Shown: piece after piece, positions 9,593 to 23,393 of the stretch | Layout: each line of letters begins with the position of its first letter | How positions within the stretch are numbered: position 1 is the first letter of the stretch | NCBI GenBank assembly: GCA_005880615.1 | Contig: VBID01000115.1 | Coordinates: forward strand, 16,431 to 80,430 | Source: Chloroflexota bacterium | GTDB lineage: Bacteria; Chloroflexota; Dormibacteria; CF-121 | Direction of reading: 5' to 3' | DNA: 64,000 nt | Notes under the pieces: model-generated | What the model saw: the letters and a program-made list of their open reading frames with translations, nothing else | What the model was told of the DNA's origin: nothing | Database searches by the model: none | Made by a program: the position numbers and the translations under genes

Positions 9593-10734
9593 GCCGCTCC
9601 AAGGGCGGTCTCCTCGAGCGCCTTGCCCAGCTCCCCCCCAAGAGTCTGCGCGCCTTCGCCACCGACACGCGGGTTCCCGGGATCGGACTCGGCCTCGTCC
9701 TGGTCCTGTTTCCGCTCCTCGATCCCAACAAGTCGCACGTGAACGTGGCCGCGGATGCGGGAACGTTCATCCTACTGGCGCTGGGGCTGAACATCGTGGT
9801 CGGGTTCGCCGGGCTGCTGGACCTGGGGTACGCCGCCTTCTTCGCCATCGGATCCTACGCCTACGCCATGCTGGCCTCCGGTCAGTTCAACATCCACATC
9901 CCCTTCTGGTTCCTGCTGCTGACCTCGGCTTTCACCGCCGCGTTCTTCGGAGTGCTCCTGGGCGCCCCCACACTCCGGCTGCGGGGCGACTACCTGGCTA
10001 TCGTCACCCTGGGATTTGGCGAGATCGTGCCGCGGGTCTTCAAGAACGCTTCCACCTTCACGGGCGGAGTCAACGGGATCGTCGGCCTCGACCAGCCGAG
10101 CTTCCCCCACGTCCTCGGGTTCCCCGGGTACAAGTTCGGGTTCAACCCCGTCCCCTACTACTTCCTCATCCTGGCCATCCTGCTGCTCTCGGTGGTCCTG
10201 ATCAGCAACCTGCGCGACTCGCGCCTGGGCCGTGCCTGGATGGCGATCCGGGAGGACGAGGTGGCGGCGGCCTCGAACGGGATCAACACCGTCACCACCA
10301 AGCTGCTGGCCTTCGCCATGGGCGCGGCCTTCAGCGGCTTCGCCGGCACCTACGCGGCATCCAAGCTCTTCATCGTCAGCCCGGATGACTTCGGCTTCGT
10401 CGTCTCCGTCTCCATCCTGGTCATGATCGTGCTGGGCGGGATGGGGAACCTGCGGGGGGTGATCGTGGGCGCCGTGCTCATTTTCTTCATCCAGCGCTAC
10501 CTGCTGATCCAGCTGCCGGGCTGGATCGCCGCGCTGACCGCCAACATCCCATTCCTGGCCTCCGTCGACGTTGCCGGCTACGTGCAGCGGTCGAACTACC
10601 TGATCTTTGGCCTGATCCTGGTGTTCACCATGTTGCTGCGACCGCAGGGCCTGATCCCCAGCGCCCAGCGCAAGATCGAGCTCGAGCTGGGAACGACCGA
10701 GGAGGCGGTGGCCGACCTGCGGGGGTCGGCGTGA
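9589..10734 (+). CDS. livM: branched-chain amino-acid ABC transporter permease LivM
   Basis: ATGA overlap with the livH stop; GLNIVVGFAGLLDLGYAAFFAIGSY... matches LivM. The ORF track's upstream extension overlaps livH and is rejected. Confidence 0.85.
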   Translation: MSRSKGGLLERLAQLPPKSLRAFATDTRVPGIGLGLVLVLFPLLDPNKSHVNVAADAGTFILLALGLNIVVGFAGLLDLGYAAFFAIGSYAYAMLASGQFNIHIPFWFLLLTSAFTAAFFGVLLGAPTLRLRGDYLAIVTLGFGEIVPRVFKNASTFTGGVNGIVGLDQPSFPHVLGFPGYKFGFNPVPYYFLILAILLLSVVLISNLRDSRLGRAWMAIREDEVAAASNGINTVTTKLLAFAMGAAFSGFAGTYAASKLFIVSPDDFGFVVSVSILVMIVLGGMGNLRGVIVGAVLIFFIQRYLLIQLPGWIAALTANIPFLASVDVAGYVQRSNYLIFGLILVFTMLLRPQGLIPSAQRKIELELGTTEEAVADLRGSA

Positions 10735-11593
10735 GCGCAATCCTGGAGGTGCGGTCGCTGACCAAGCGGTTCGGCGGCCTGGTGGCGGTCAGCAACGTGA
10801 ACTTCAGCATCGAGGCCGGCGAGATCTTCGCCATGATCGGCCCCAACGGGGCCGGCAAGACCACCTGCTTCAACATGATCGCCGGCCTGTACAAGCCCAG
10901 CGGCGGCGAGATCGCCTTCAATGGGACCGGCATCTATCCGGACCGCGATTTCTGGGTGAATTACCTGCCCCCGCTGGCCATCTATTACACGGCCATGGGC
11001 GCCGTCCGGCGCGCCATTGGGCTGGGCCCGGTGCCAATCGGGCTTCGGCCCCACGCCGTGACCAAGCTGGGGGTGGCCCGCACGTTCCAGAACATCCGGC
11101 TCTTCTCCTACATGACGGCCCTGGAGAACGTCATGGTGGGCCAGCACGCGCGGATGCACGCCCAGCTCTGGGACGCCCTGCTGCGGACCCCGTCGTCCCA
11201 GCGCGAGGAGCGGAGGGTCCGGGACCGGGCCCGGGAACTCCTTCGGTTCGTCGGGATCGAGCGGCACGCCGACGATTACGCGCGCAACCTGCCCTACGGC
11301 TTCCAGCGCCGACTGGAGATCGCCCGCGCGCTGGCCAGCGACCCCAAGCTCCTGATGCTGGATGAGCCCGCGGCCGGCTTCAACCCGCAGGAGAAGGCGC
11401 AGTTGATGGGGCTGATCCAGCAGATCCGGGCCCAGGGCATCACCATTTTCCTGATCGAACACGACATGAAGGTGGTCATGGAAATTTCGGAACGCATCGT
11501 CGTCCTGGATTACGGCGAGAAGATCGCTGAGGGGCCGCCGGCCAAGGTGCGGACCGACCCGAAGGTGATCGAGGCCTACCTGGGGAAGGGCGC

Positions 11594-11597
<4 letters not shown>
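10731..11597 (+). CDS. livG: branched-chain amino-acid ABC transporter ATP-binding protein LivG
   Basis: Walker A GPNGAGKTT, ABC signature, and the LivG-specific insertion; GTG start overlapping the livM stop. Confidence 0.9.
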
Positions 11598-12316
<719 letters not shown>

Positions 12317-12362
12317 CCGTCTAAGCCCGAATCCAAGCTTGCACAAGCGGTAAGCTAGCGCC

Positions 12363-12503
12363 ATGCATCTCCTCTTCGAAATGGCGGCCTACGCGATCAC
12401 CACGGCGATCACGCCCAGGAAGATCATCGCGGGCGTCGTCCTGCTGATCATCATCGTCGCCATCGGCGTCTGGTGGGCCAGGCGCCAGAAGCCCACACCC
12501 TAG
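12363..12503 (+). CDS. possible small membrane protein (46 aa)
   Basis: ATG..TAG ORF MHLLFEMAAYAITTAITPRKIIAGVVLLIIIVAIGVWWARRQKPTP; single TM helix plus basic tail; below the ORF-track size cutoff; no clear RBS. Confidence 0.25.
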   Translation: MHLLFEMAAYAITTAITPRKIIAGVVLLIIIVAIGVWWARRQKPTP

Positions 12504-12526
12504 GGTTCGACATCCTGGAGTAGCAG

Positions 12527-12660
12527 ACTCTTCGAGACCCCCTCCCCAACCCTCCCCGCAAGGGGGAGGGAGAGTGAATGGCTCCGCCCAAGGGGGAGGG
12601 AGAGAAAGAGACGAGACCCCTCCCTGCTCTCCCCGCCAACGGCGAGGGGTTCTTGAAACA
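12527..12660. repeat. cluster of three GC-rich hairpin element copies downstream of liv operon
   Basis: GAGACCCCCTCCCCAACCCTCCCCGCAAGGGGGAGGGAGAG, then CTCCGCCCAAGGGGGAGGGAGAG, then GAGACCCCTCCCTGCTCTCCCCGCCAACGGCGAGGGG; lies between convergent genes. Confidence 0.8.
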
Positions 12661-12661
12661 G

Positions 12662-13516
12662 CTAGCGGGTGAGCAGTGCCAGCGCCACCAGGTACACGCA
12701 AATCACGGCAAATAGGCCGTACTCGAAGAACACGCGCCGGGTGAGCGAATCATCGAGCGCATGCAGGATGAAGCCCTGATTGGCGTACCACGCGAAGGCC
12801 AGCACCACCGCCACATAGGCGCTGCCCTGGTTGAGGTAGGTCACCATGCCGAAGGCGAGCGCCGTCACCATCTGCGCGGTGACGAAGGCGGAGAACAGCG
12901 CCCGCCCCTCGCGCTGGGTCACCAGCCGGAAGCTGCGATAGCCGCTCAGCAGTGACACAGTGAAGATCCAGATGAACTTGATGGCGTTGGGGAGTTCGGA
13001 TTGCAGCACCAGGAAGAAGAGAGCGAGCAGGGCCAGGAAGATGGAGGAGTCGCGCAGGAACCGGTGCAGAGGCCGGACCCGCCCGATGCCGCGGCACAGA
13101 TCGACGTAGCTGCTCATATAGATCGTTACCCCCATGGCGCCCATCGCCGCCGCGTGCAACCGCCAGTCCGAGGCCAGCATCGAAAACGAGGACGCCGCGA
13201 TGACCGCCAGGGCGGGACAGGCGTAGTAGTCGAGGCTGAACCAGACCGGCGTGCGGTTGCGAGCGTGCAGGAACATCAGGCCGGCGGTGGTAAAGGCCAC
13301 CAGGCCAGCGGTCGCGGCCCAGACCTGGTTGGGCGCCAGCAACTCCGACTTGAAGGCCAGCCCGATAATGACGGCGCAAGCGGAGAGGAAGCCGAGGTAG
13401 CGCGTTCCCAGCTTGACGGGGGTGGCCCTGGGCGCCGGAGCCAAGCGTGGGCCCACCGGGCGCGCGGGGCGAGGCCGGGCAAGCGTGGTTGAGGAGTGCG
13501 GCACCGCCGCCGACAT
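12662..13516 (-). CDS. polytopic integral membrane protein, unknown family
   Basis: About seven or eight predicted TM helices, no recognisable motif; N-terminal Ala/Pro/Arg-rich 35 aa may be non-coding (start uncertain). Confidence 0.5.
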   Translation of the reverse strand: MSAAVPHSSTTLARPRPARPVGPRLAPAPRATPVKLGTRYLGFLSACAVIIGLAFKSELLAPNQVWAATAGLVAFTTAGLMFLHARNRTPVWFSLDYYACPALAVIAASSFSMLASDWRLHAAAMGAMGVTIYMSSYVDLCRGIGRVRPLHRFLRDSSIFLALLALFFLVLQSELPNAIKFIWIFTVSLLSGYRSFRLVTQREGRALFSAFVTAQMVTALAFGMVTYLNQGSAYVAVVLAFAWYANQGFILHALDDSLTRRVFFEYGLFAVICVYLVALALLTR

Positions 13517-13643
13517 GGCGCCCAGTCTAGCAGTTGAACGTGTGTTTGGGGCTGGGGGAAACCGGTTCGAACGCGACCGAATCTGTATTCAAAAACATAT
13601 GTTCGACGGCTGGCAGCGCCTCTGTGGAAACTGTGGATAGATC

Positions 13644-13826
13644 AGCCCGGATCCACCGAGCGGACGAAGCAGATTGGGATGCGGGGCCAGATGAGCCGAA
13701 GGCGGCGACGAGCACGCGAAGGCGCGCACCCGTCGGTGCGTAACTGAGCGCGCGTCAGAGCCAACGCACGGATCGCTCGCATCCGCGCCCAAGATGCGAG
13801 TTGGTTTCGGTGGACGCGGGCTTAGG
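13644..13826. mobile_element. MITE-like element, copy A (TIR AGCCCGGATCCACCGAGCGGACGA ... TCGGTGGACGCGGGCTTAGG)
   Basis: Imperfect ~25-bp terminal inverted repeats shared with copies at 22724, 29586, 36365 and 57644; one internal unit containing the hairpin GCACC-CGTC-GGTGC. The cupin gene's stop codon (13822-13824) lies in the right TIR. Confidence 0.75.
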
Positions 13827-14169
13827 CGGTGGAGGTCCCGGCCCGGCCGTACTTGTCCTCCAGCCGCACCACATCATCGATCTCGGGGGAACTCACCTCG
13901 AAGAACTCGCAGTCGTCGACCGCGATCATCCGGTGCTTGCGGCCGGGCACGATGCGGCGAACCATCCCCGGTGTCAGCCGGTGGGTGTGCATCTGGCCCT
14001 GATCATCCTCCAGCTCCAGGTCCATGATGCCTTTCACCAGCAGCAGGGTCTCATCCTTCTGCTGGTGGTACTGCAGGCTCAACATCTCCCCGCGATTGAC
14101 GTGGATCACCTTGCCCAGGTACCGATCCGTGATGGCAAACCGATGCTCCCAGCCCCAGGGCTTGGCCAC
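13822..14169 (-). CDS. cupin-domain protein (mannose-6-phosphate isomerase type II C-terminal-domain-like)
   Basis: WGWEHRF...GEMLSLQYHQQKDETLLLVKG...HRLTPGMVRRIVPGRKHRMIAVDDCEFFEV is a cupin_2 fold. Start uncertain (GTG 14169 or TTG 14199, the latter overlapping the PGM stop). Confidence 0.65.
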   Translation of the reverse strand: MAKPWGWEHRFAITDRYLGKVIHVNRGEMLSLQYHQQKDETLLLVKGIMDLELEDDQGQMHTHRLTPGMVRRIVPGRKHRMIAVDDCEFFEVSSPEIDDVVRLEDKYGRAGTSTA

Positions 14170-14191
14170 CCTGGAGCCGTCGGCGGGTTGG

Positions 14192-15628
14192 TCAGGCAAC
14201 CTGGCGCACTCCGAGGCGGTCCTCGAGCGCGGCCAGCAGCTTGTCGACTCGCTGGCGGCTGGGCGCTTCACTGTAGACGCGGATCAACGGCTCGGTCCCG
14301 CTGAATCGGGTCAGCACCCAGCTGCCGTCGGCGAAGTAATACTTGAATCCGTCGTCGGTGCGGCTGCGCTGGATGCGCTCACCGGCCAGCTCCCGCGGCG
14401 GGTTCTTCTGCAGATCGGCATAGATGGCAGCCCGGCGATCCGCGTACTCCTCGCGCTCGAGGTGGATGTCGTGGCGGGCGTAGGCATGCGGCCCCACCAG
14501 GTCCTCCAGGTGCTGCAGCACCTTGGCCAAGGGCTGGCCGTACTGGACGATCAGGTCGGCGATGAAAATCCCGGAGAGGATACCGTCGCGTTCCGGGATG
14601 TGGCCCCGGAAGCCGAACCCGCCGCTCTCCTCGCCCCCCAGGATGGCGTTCACCTCGGTCATCTTGGGCCCGATGTACTTGAAGCCCACCGGGAGCTCAT
14701 GGACCGTGATCCCAAAGCGTTCGCCCAGCTTGTCCATCATCGAGGTCATCGTCAGGGAGCGCACCACGTCCCCCTTCCAGCCTCGCTTCTCGACCAGGTA
14801 CAGCATCAGCAGCGCCATCACCTGCAGCTGGTTGATGAACTGGCCGCGCTCGTCGATGATCCCCACCCGGTCGGCGTCGCCGTCGTTGGCGATGCCCAGG
14901 TTGTAGCCGCCTTTGCGGATCAGGGTCTGCGCTTCATCCAGGTTGGGGGGGATGGGCTCGGGATGCATCCCCCCGAAACCCGGGTTGCGCTCACCGTGGA
15001 TCTCGTCGACGACGGTGCGGCCACCCGAGAGCAGCAGTTTCAGGTATCCCTGGCCGCCGCCGTACATGGAGTCGTGCAGGATGTGCAGCCCGGCGTCTTT
15101 GAGAGCCTGCAGGTTGACCATCCGGCCGATCTGCGCGATGTAGGCCGGCCGCGGGTCGAAGATTTCGATCAGGCCCTGCCGCTCGCCGTCCTCAAATCGC
15201 AGCTGGCGAACCTGGCCGCTTCGCTGGACGACGGCGATCTCCTGCTCCAGGCGGCCGGTGACCTCCGGCGAGGCGGAGCCCGCGTACTCTGGCTTGTACT
15301 TGAGGCCGCTGAAGTAGTAGGGGTTGTGGCTGGCGGTGACCACCACGGCACCGCTGGCCTTCCGGTCCAGGATGGCGTAGGAGGAAACCTGGGTAGGGGA
15401 AGGCGCGTCGATGAGCAGCGCCCGCACGCCGTTACCGGCCAGCACCTGGGCCACCTCGCGCGCGAACCGGTCGGAGGCAAACCTGGTGTCGTATCCCACC
15501 ACCGCGGACGGGCTTGGTTTGCTGGTCAGGTACTGGGCGATGCCCTGGGTGGCCACCCGCACGGCCTCATAGGTGAAGTCGTCGGCGATGATGCCGCGCC
15601 ATCCGTCCGTGCCGAACTTGATGTCCAG
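14192..15628 (-). CDS. phosphomannomutase/phosphoglucomutase (alpha-D-phosphohexomutase family)
   Basis: TASHNPYYFSGLKY (active-site Ser loop), GDGDADR (metal-binding loop), GGEESGG sugar-binding loop. The conserved N-terminus DIKFGTDGWRG lies upstream of the first GTG, so a CTG start at ~15628 is inferred (see findings). Confidence 0.85.
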   Translation of the reverse strand: MDIKFGTDGWRGIIADDFTYEAVRVATQGIAQYLTSKPSPSAVVGYDTRFASDRFAREVAQVLAGNGVRALLIDAPSPTQVSSYAILDRKASGAVVVTASHNPYYFSGLKYKPEYAGSASPEVTGRLEQEIAVVQRSGQVRQLRFEDGERQGLIEIFDPRPAYIAQIGRMVNLQALKDAGLHILHDSMYGGGQGYLKLLLSGGRTVVDEIHGERNPGFGGMHPEPIPPNLDEAQTLIRKGGYNLGIANDGDADRVGIIDERGQFINQLQVMALLMLYLVEKRGWKGDVVRSLTMTSMMDKLGERFGITVHELPVGFKYIGPKMTEVNAILGGEESGGFGFRGHIPERDGILSGIFIADLIVQYGQPLAKVLQHLEDLVGPHAYARHDIHLEREEYADRRAAIYADLQKNPPRELAGERIQRSRTDDGFKYYFADGSWVLTRFSGTEPLIRVYSEAPSRQRVDKLLAALEDRLGVRQVA

Positions 15629-15658
15629 GCTCTCACCCTCGTCAGGATGCCGGTCCGG

Positions 15659-16639
15659 TCAGCGCGAAGCCGGGACCGGAGAACTGCGAAGCCGCGCTCG
15701 CCAGTAGTTTAGGGTATCCTCCAGCGTCTGCTCCAACGAAATGGTCGGCTCCCAGCCGGTCAGCTGCCGGAACTTGGTGGCATCGCCGACCAGCAATTTG
15801 ACGTCGGACGGCCGCATTCGCGACGGGTCGTTCTCGACGGTGATCTTTTCCTTGGTGAAGGACAGCAGGATGTCGAGCATCTCCTTCACCGTCCGGCGGC
15901 GGCCCGACGCGATGTTGTACACCTCGCCAAAGGTCCCGTGCTCGAGCACCAGCCAGTAGGCGCGCACCATGTCGCGCACGTCCGTCCAGTCGCGGACCGG
16001 GGAGAGGTCACCCACCTTGATGACGGGTTTCCGGCGGCCCAGCTCGACCTCCGCCACCTGCTTGGCGAAGGACGAGGTGACGAACACCTCGCCTCGGCGG
16101 GGCCCCTCATGGTTGAAGGCCCGGGTCACGACGGTCTGCAGGCCGTAGGAGTAGTGGTACTGGATGGCCAGCATCTCCTGCGCCACCTTGCTCACGGCGT
16201 AAGGAGAGAGCGGCCGCAAGACGTTCGATTCCTTGATCGGGACCTGGTGCGGCTCCACGTGGCCGTACTCTTCGGAGGACCCGGCGATGTGCACCCGCGG
16301 ATCGACCCCCTCGCTGCGGATGGCCTCGAACAGGTTGACCTGGCCAATGACGTTGGTGTTGAGCGTTTCGACCGGAGCCCTCCAGGATGTGGGCACGAAA
16401 CTCTGGGCGGCCAGGTGAAAGATCCGGTCGGGTTGCGTCTCGCGGATGACCAGGCGCATCGAAGATGCGTCGTTCATGTCACCTTCCAGGACGTGGATCT
16501 TGCCCTCGAGGTGCTCGATGTTCTCCACCCGGCTGCGCCACCGCTTGATCCCGAAGACCTCCACCCCGGGCAGGGTGAGGCAGTAGTCGGCCAGGTGGCT
16601 GCCGGCCATCCCGGTGATGCCGGTGATCAGGACGCGCAT
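15659..16639 (-). CDS. gmd: GDP-mannose 4,6-dehydratase family (NAD-dependent epimerase/dehydratase)
   Basis: MRVLITGITGMAGSHLADY Rossmann motif, catalytic YxxxK (PYAVSKVAQE); SDR-extended fold typical of Gmd/Rmd. Confidence 0.8.
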   Translation of the reverse strand: MRVLITGITGMAGSHLADYCLTLPGVEVFGIKRWRSRVENIEHLEGKIHVLEGDMNDASSMRLVIRETQPDRIFHLAAQSFVPTSWRAPVETLNTNVIGQVNLFEAIRSEGVDPRVHIAGSSEEYGHVEPHQVPIKESNVLRPLSPYAVSKVAQEMLAIQYHYSYGLQTVVTRAFNHEGPRRGEVFVTSSFAKQVAEVELGRRKPVIKVGDLSPVRDWTDVRDMVRAYWLVLEHGTFGEVYNIASGRRRTVKEMLDILLSFTKEKITVENDPSRMRPSDVKLLVGDATKFRQLTGWEPTISLEQTLEDTLNYWRARLRSSPVPASR

Positions 16640-16675
16640 GACTGTTCAATCGATAGCGGCATCCGGAACCTTCTG

Positions 16676-16714
16676 AATACCCCCACCCCACCCTCCCCGC
16701 AAGGGGGAGGGAAA
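16676..16714. repeat. GC-rich hairpin element copy inside the manC-gmd intergenic spacer (same operon)
   Basis: ACCCCCACCCCACCCTCCCCGCAAGGGGGAGGGAAAGG. Confidence 0.8.
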
Positions 16715-16736
16715 GGATTGCGTGCCACTGGACGGT

Positions 16737-17807
16737 TCACAGGTATTCCTTCTTCCCCATCTGCTTCAGCCGTTCCACGATCAGGCGAACGTCCTGGGAG
16801 CGGGTCTTGGGACAGATCAGGATGGCGTCCTCGGTCTCGATTACCACCATGTTCTCCAGGCCGACCGCCGCCACCAGCTTGCGGGGCGAGTGGATCATGC
16901 AGTTCCGCGAGTCGATCAGCACGTGCTCGCCTTCCACGAAATTGCCGGCCTCGTCCTGCTCCAGGATGTCGTGGAGGTCCGCCCAGGACCCGATGTCGTG
17001 CCATTCGAACTGGGCCGGCACCATCAACAGGTTGTGCGTCTTCTCCAGCACCGCCGTATCGATGGCCGCCGTGGGCAGCGCCAGGTAGGCCGCTTCGGCC
17101 GCCGCCGTATCGCCCCGCCCACTGGCGTCCCCGAAGGCGGCCAGCCCGCCGTACAGGTCGGGGGCATGTTTGGCCATCTCGGCGAAGAGGATGTCCACCG
17201 ACCAGCTAAACAGCCCCAGGTGCCAGAAGTAGTCACCCTCCGCCAGGTAGCGGTCGGCTGTCTGCAGATCGGGCTTCTCGACGAACGCGCGGACCCGGTA
17301 GGCGGGGTCGCGGCCGGGCGCCTGCACCCGCTCGCCGAGCCGGATGTAACCGAAGGCCGTGGACGGATAGGGCGGCTTCAACCCCACCGTGACCAGCTTC
17401 CGCTCCTGTTCGGCCCACCCTGCCTCGCCGTCCAGCGTCCGCAGGTACGCGTCCTCATCGTTTCCGAGGTAGTGGTCGGCGTGGACTGAGATCATGGTCG
17501 CCCCGGGATCCGCCCGAGCGATGGTAAAGGCGGCCAGGCCGAGGGCCGAGGCGGTTCCCCGGCGGGCGGGCTCGATGATGAACTGGCCTTGGGTCAGGCC
17601 GGGGAGCTGCTCCTGGATGCTCTCCACCTGCGAGCGTTCGGTGATCACCGACACATCGTCGGTCAGCCGGCGGACCCGGTCATAAGTCGCCTGGAGGAGC
17701 GACTGCTTCCCGTGGAGGGCCAGCAGGTGCTTGGGATGCCCTTCCCGCGAGCGCGGCCAGAGCCGCGTGCCGCTCCCGCCGGCCAGGATCACCACGTGAC
17801 GGGCCAT
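16737..17807 (-). CDS. manC: mannose-1-phosphate guanylyltransferase (GDP-mannose pyrophosphorylase)
   Basis: VILAGGSGTRLWPRS...PKHLL nucleotidyltransferase signature; length and architecture of ManC/CpsB (GT-A-like NTP-transferase plus left-handed beta-helix). Confidence 0.85.
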   Translation of the reverse strand: MARHVVILAGGSGTRLWPRSREGHPKHLLALHGKQSLLQATYDRVRRLTDDVSVITERSQVESIQEQLPGLTQGQFIIEPARRGTASALGLAAFTIARADPGATMISVHADHYLGNDEDAYLRTLDGEAGWAEQERKLVTVGLKPPYPSTAFGYIRLGERVQAPGRDPAYRVRAFVEKPDLQTADRYLAEGDYFWHLGLFSWSVDILFAEMAKHAPDLYGGLAAFGDASGRGDTAAAEAAYLALPTAAIDTAVLEKTHNLLMVPAQFEWHDIGSWADLHDILEQDEAGNFVEGEHVLIDSRNCMIHSPRKLVAAVGLENMVVIETEDAILICPKTRSQDVRLIVERLKQMGKKEYL

Positions 17808-17808
17808 G

Positions 17809-18775
17809 CTAGTTCCGCTCCATCAGACGCCAGTAGTCCAGGGTGTCGCGCAGGGTGCGGTCGAGCGAGATGGCCGGTTGCCATCCGGTGAGCCGGCGGA
17901 ATTTGGTGGCGTCGCACCAATACGTGCTGACCTCCACGGCGTGCGTCCGGGCCGGGTCGACCTCGACCGTGATCGGGACGCGGCTCATGGGCAGCAGGAG
18001 CTCGACCACCTGGCGCAACGTGGGCGCCTGGCCGGCGCCCAGGTTATAGACCTCGCCCGGACGTCCCTGCTCGATGGCCAGGCGGTAGGCCCGCACCATG
18101 TCCCGCACGTCGGTGAAGTCGCGGCGGGCATCCAGGTTGCCGACGCGGAGCGTGGGGGGCTGCCGACCGGTCTCCATGCGGGCCACCTGCCGGGCGAAGC
18201 TGGGGATGGCGAACGTTGGGAGCTGGCGGGGTCCGGTGTGGTTAAAGGGACGAACGCGCACCACCGGCAACCCCAGGCTGAGAAAGTACTGGAGGCCAAG
18301 CAGATCCTGCCCGACCTTCGACACGCCATACGGGGTCAGCGGCCGCAGGGGCGCCTCTTCGGTGATGGCCCGCTCCCCATGGTCCGGCTGCTCGCCGTAC
18401 TCGTCGCCCGAGCCGACCACCAGCAAGGCTGGCGGCGTTTTCAGGGCGCTGGCCGCGGCCAGAACGTTGGCCTGGCAGCCGAGGTTGGTGTGCAGGGTGC
18501 CGGCCGGATCGTCCCAGGACTTGGCCGGGCTGGACGCGGCGGCCAGGTGGAAGACCCACTCCGGCTTGATGGCCCGCATCAACTCGTCCACCGCCGAGCG
18601 GCGCAGCAGGTTGATTTGGTGGCAGCGAACGCGCCGCGAGAGCTGCGCGGTCGCGTACGGGGTGGCTCCCCGGATGGCCCCATGGACCAGGTGCCCTTCG
18701 GCCACGAGGAGGTCGGCGAGATGGCTGCCGGCGAATCCATCGACGCCGGTGATAAGGACGACCCGCCGCCCTCGG

Positions 18776-18790
<15 letters not shown>
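17809..18790 (-). CDS. second NAD-dependent epimerase/dehydratase (GDP-4-keto-6-deoxymannose reductase/epimerase-like, Rmd/GMER-like); no canonical start codon
   Basis: Paralog of the gmd-family gene ([10 protein letters not shown] YxxxK motif). The Rossmann motif [21 protein letters not shown] is in frame upstream of the first GTG (18705), with no ATG/GTG/TTG between it and the upstream stop (~18792). The 5' boundary is approximate and overlaps the metK stop. Confidence 0.65.
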
Positions 18791-22160
<3,370 letters not shown>

Positions 22161-22166
22161 GATGGC

Positions 22167-22712
22167 TCAGAACTTGATGTGGGAGACCACGTCGTACTCC
22201 GCCAGGTTGTCAATCCCTTTGAGGAAGCGGAGCTCGATCAAGAAGGAGATGCCCACCACCTGGCCCCCCAGTTGCTGGACCAGCCGGGTCGTCGCCCGGG
22301 CCGTGCCGCCGGTGGCCAGCAGATCATCCACGATGACCACCGGCTGGCCGGGCTTGATCGCGTCCTTGTGGATTTCCAGCACGGCCGAGCCGTACTCGAG
22401 GGCATAGGATTCGGCAATCTTCTGGGCGGGCAGCTTGCCCTCCTTCCGCACCGGGACGAATCCCGCTCCCAGCTGGTACGCCAGCGCCCCGCCGAAGATG
22501 AAGCCGCGCGACTCCACCCCGACCACCAAATCGACGGTTTTGCCGCGATAGGTGGCGGCCATCAGGTCGACGGCTTCCCGAAAGGCGGCCGGGTCCATCA
22601 GCAAGGTGGTGATGTCCTTGAAGAGGATCCCCTCCTTCGGGAAGTTGGGGACGTCCCGGATCTTCGCGCTCAGGGCCGCGAGGGCGGCATCCGCGGCGCG
22701 GTCGGCCTGCAC
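22167..22712 (-). CDS. apt: adenine phosphoribosyltransferase
   Basis: PRPP-binding VVIVDDLLATGGTA motif; 181 aa; FPKEGILFKDIT N-terminal Apt signature. Confidence 0.9.
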   Translation of the reverse strand: MQADRAADAALAALSAKIRDVPNFPKEGILFKDITTLLMDPAAFREAVDLMAATYRGKTVDLVVGVESRGFIFGGALAYQLGAGFVPVRKEGKLPAQKIAESYALEYGSAVLEIHKDAIKPGQPVVIVDDLLATGGTARATTRLVQQLGGQVVGISFLIELRFLKGIDNLAEYDVVSHIKF

Positions 22713-22723
22713 GGGCCCTAGTG

Positions 22724-22787
22724 TAGCCCGGGTCCGCCGATCGGACGACGCAGATACGAGTTCGATTCGGTGGACGTCGGCTTATTC
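22724..22787. mobile_element. mini MITE copy (left and right TIRs only, ~64 bp)
   Basis: TAGCCCGGGTCCGCCGATCGGACGACGCAG + ATACGAGTTCGATTCGGTGGACGTCGGCTTA; the marR stop codon (22782-22784) is the TAA of the right TIR. Confidence 0.7.
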
Positions 22788-23270
22788 TCGGCGAGGAGCC
22801 ATCAGCCCGGGCCGGACGGGACGCAGGTGGGCCTGGAGCCGGTTGAGCAGGCTTACCAGCTGCTGCTGTTCAAGCGCACCGAGGCCGGCGAAGATCCGCC
22901 CGACGGCGCGGTTGTGCTCGGGGAGCATCTCGGCCAGTAGGATTCGAGCCCGGTCCGTCATCTCGACCCGCAGCATGCGCCGGTCCTCCGGATGCCGCAC
23001 CCGGCGGACCAGCCGGCGGCGCTCCAGGCCGTCCAGCAGCCCGGTGACCGTGGCCCGGCTGACCGCCAGCCGGTCGCTGATCTGGTGGGGGGCGGCCGAT
23101 CCACCAGACTCGTGCAGGACCTGGAGGACGCCGAACGCCGCGCTGGAGAACCCCTGCCGGCGGACGCTGCGGTCGAGCTCGGAGCTGATCAGGCTGCCCA
23201 GCTGGCGCAGCCCAGCGGCGCAGGCGCCCGCGCGGGGCATCGGGCGGCGGACTGCCAGCGGGGCGGTCAC
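22782..23270 (-). CDS. MarR-family transcriptional regulator
   Basis: Winged-helix region SAAFGVLQVLHESGGSAAPHQISDRLAVSRATVTGLLDGLERRRLVRRVRHPEDRR. Confidence 0.85.
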   Translation of the reverse strand: MTAPLAVRRPMPRAGACAAGLRQLGSLISSELDRSVRRQGFSSAAFGVLQVLHESGGSAAPHQISDRLAVSRATVTGLLDGLERRRLVRRVRHPEDRRMLRVEMTDRARILLAEMLPEHNRAVGRIFAGLGALEQQQLVSLLNRLQAHLRPVRPGLMAPRRE

Positions 23271-23393
23271 CCCCTCAGGCTAGCAGAACCTGGACCATAG
23301 TTTGGAACCTAATGATTTGGGCATAAACGACCTGAAACCGGGGTTCCCCGGTACGAGGCTACGGTTTCCGTAAGGGGTTAAAGGAGAACTGAA

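Noticed and set aside
14024-15712. 562-aa plus-strand ORF
   Set aside because: Lies entirely antisense to the phosphomannomutase gene, which has unambiguous catalytic motifs; typical high-GC antisense ORF.
23284-23393. CIRCE/HrcA heat-shock operator upstream of lon
   Set aside because: No TTAGCACTC-N9-GAGTGCTAA match; only a loose GGAACC...GGTTCC inverted repeat.
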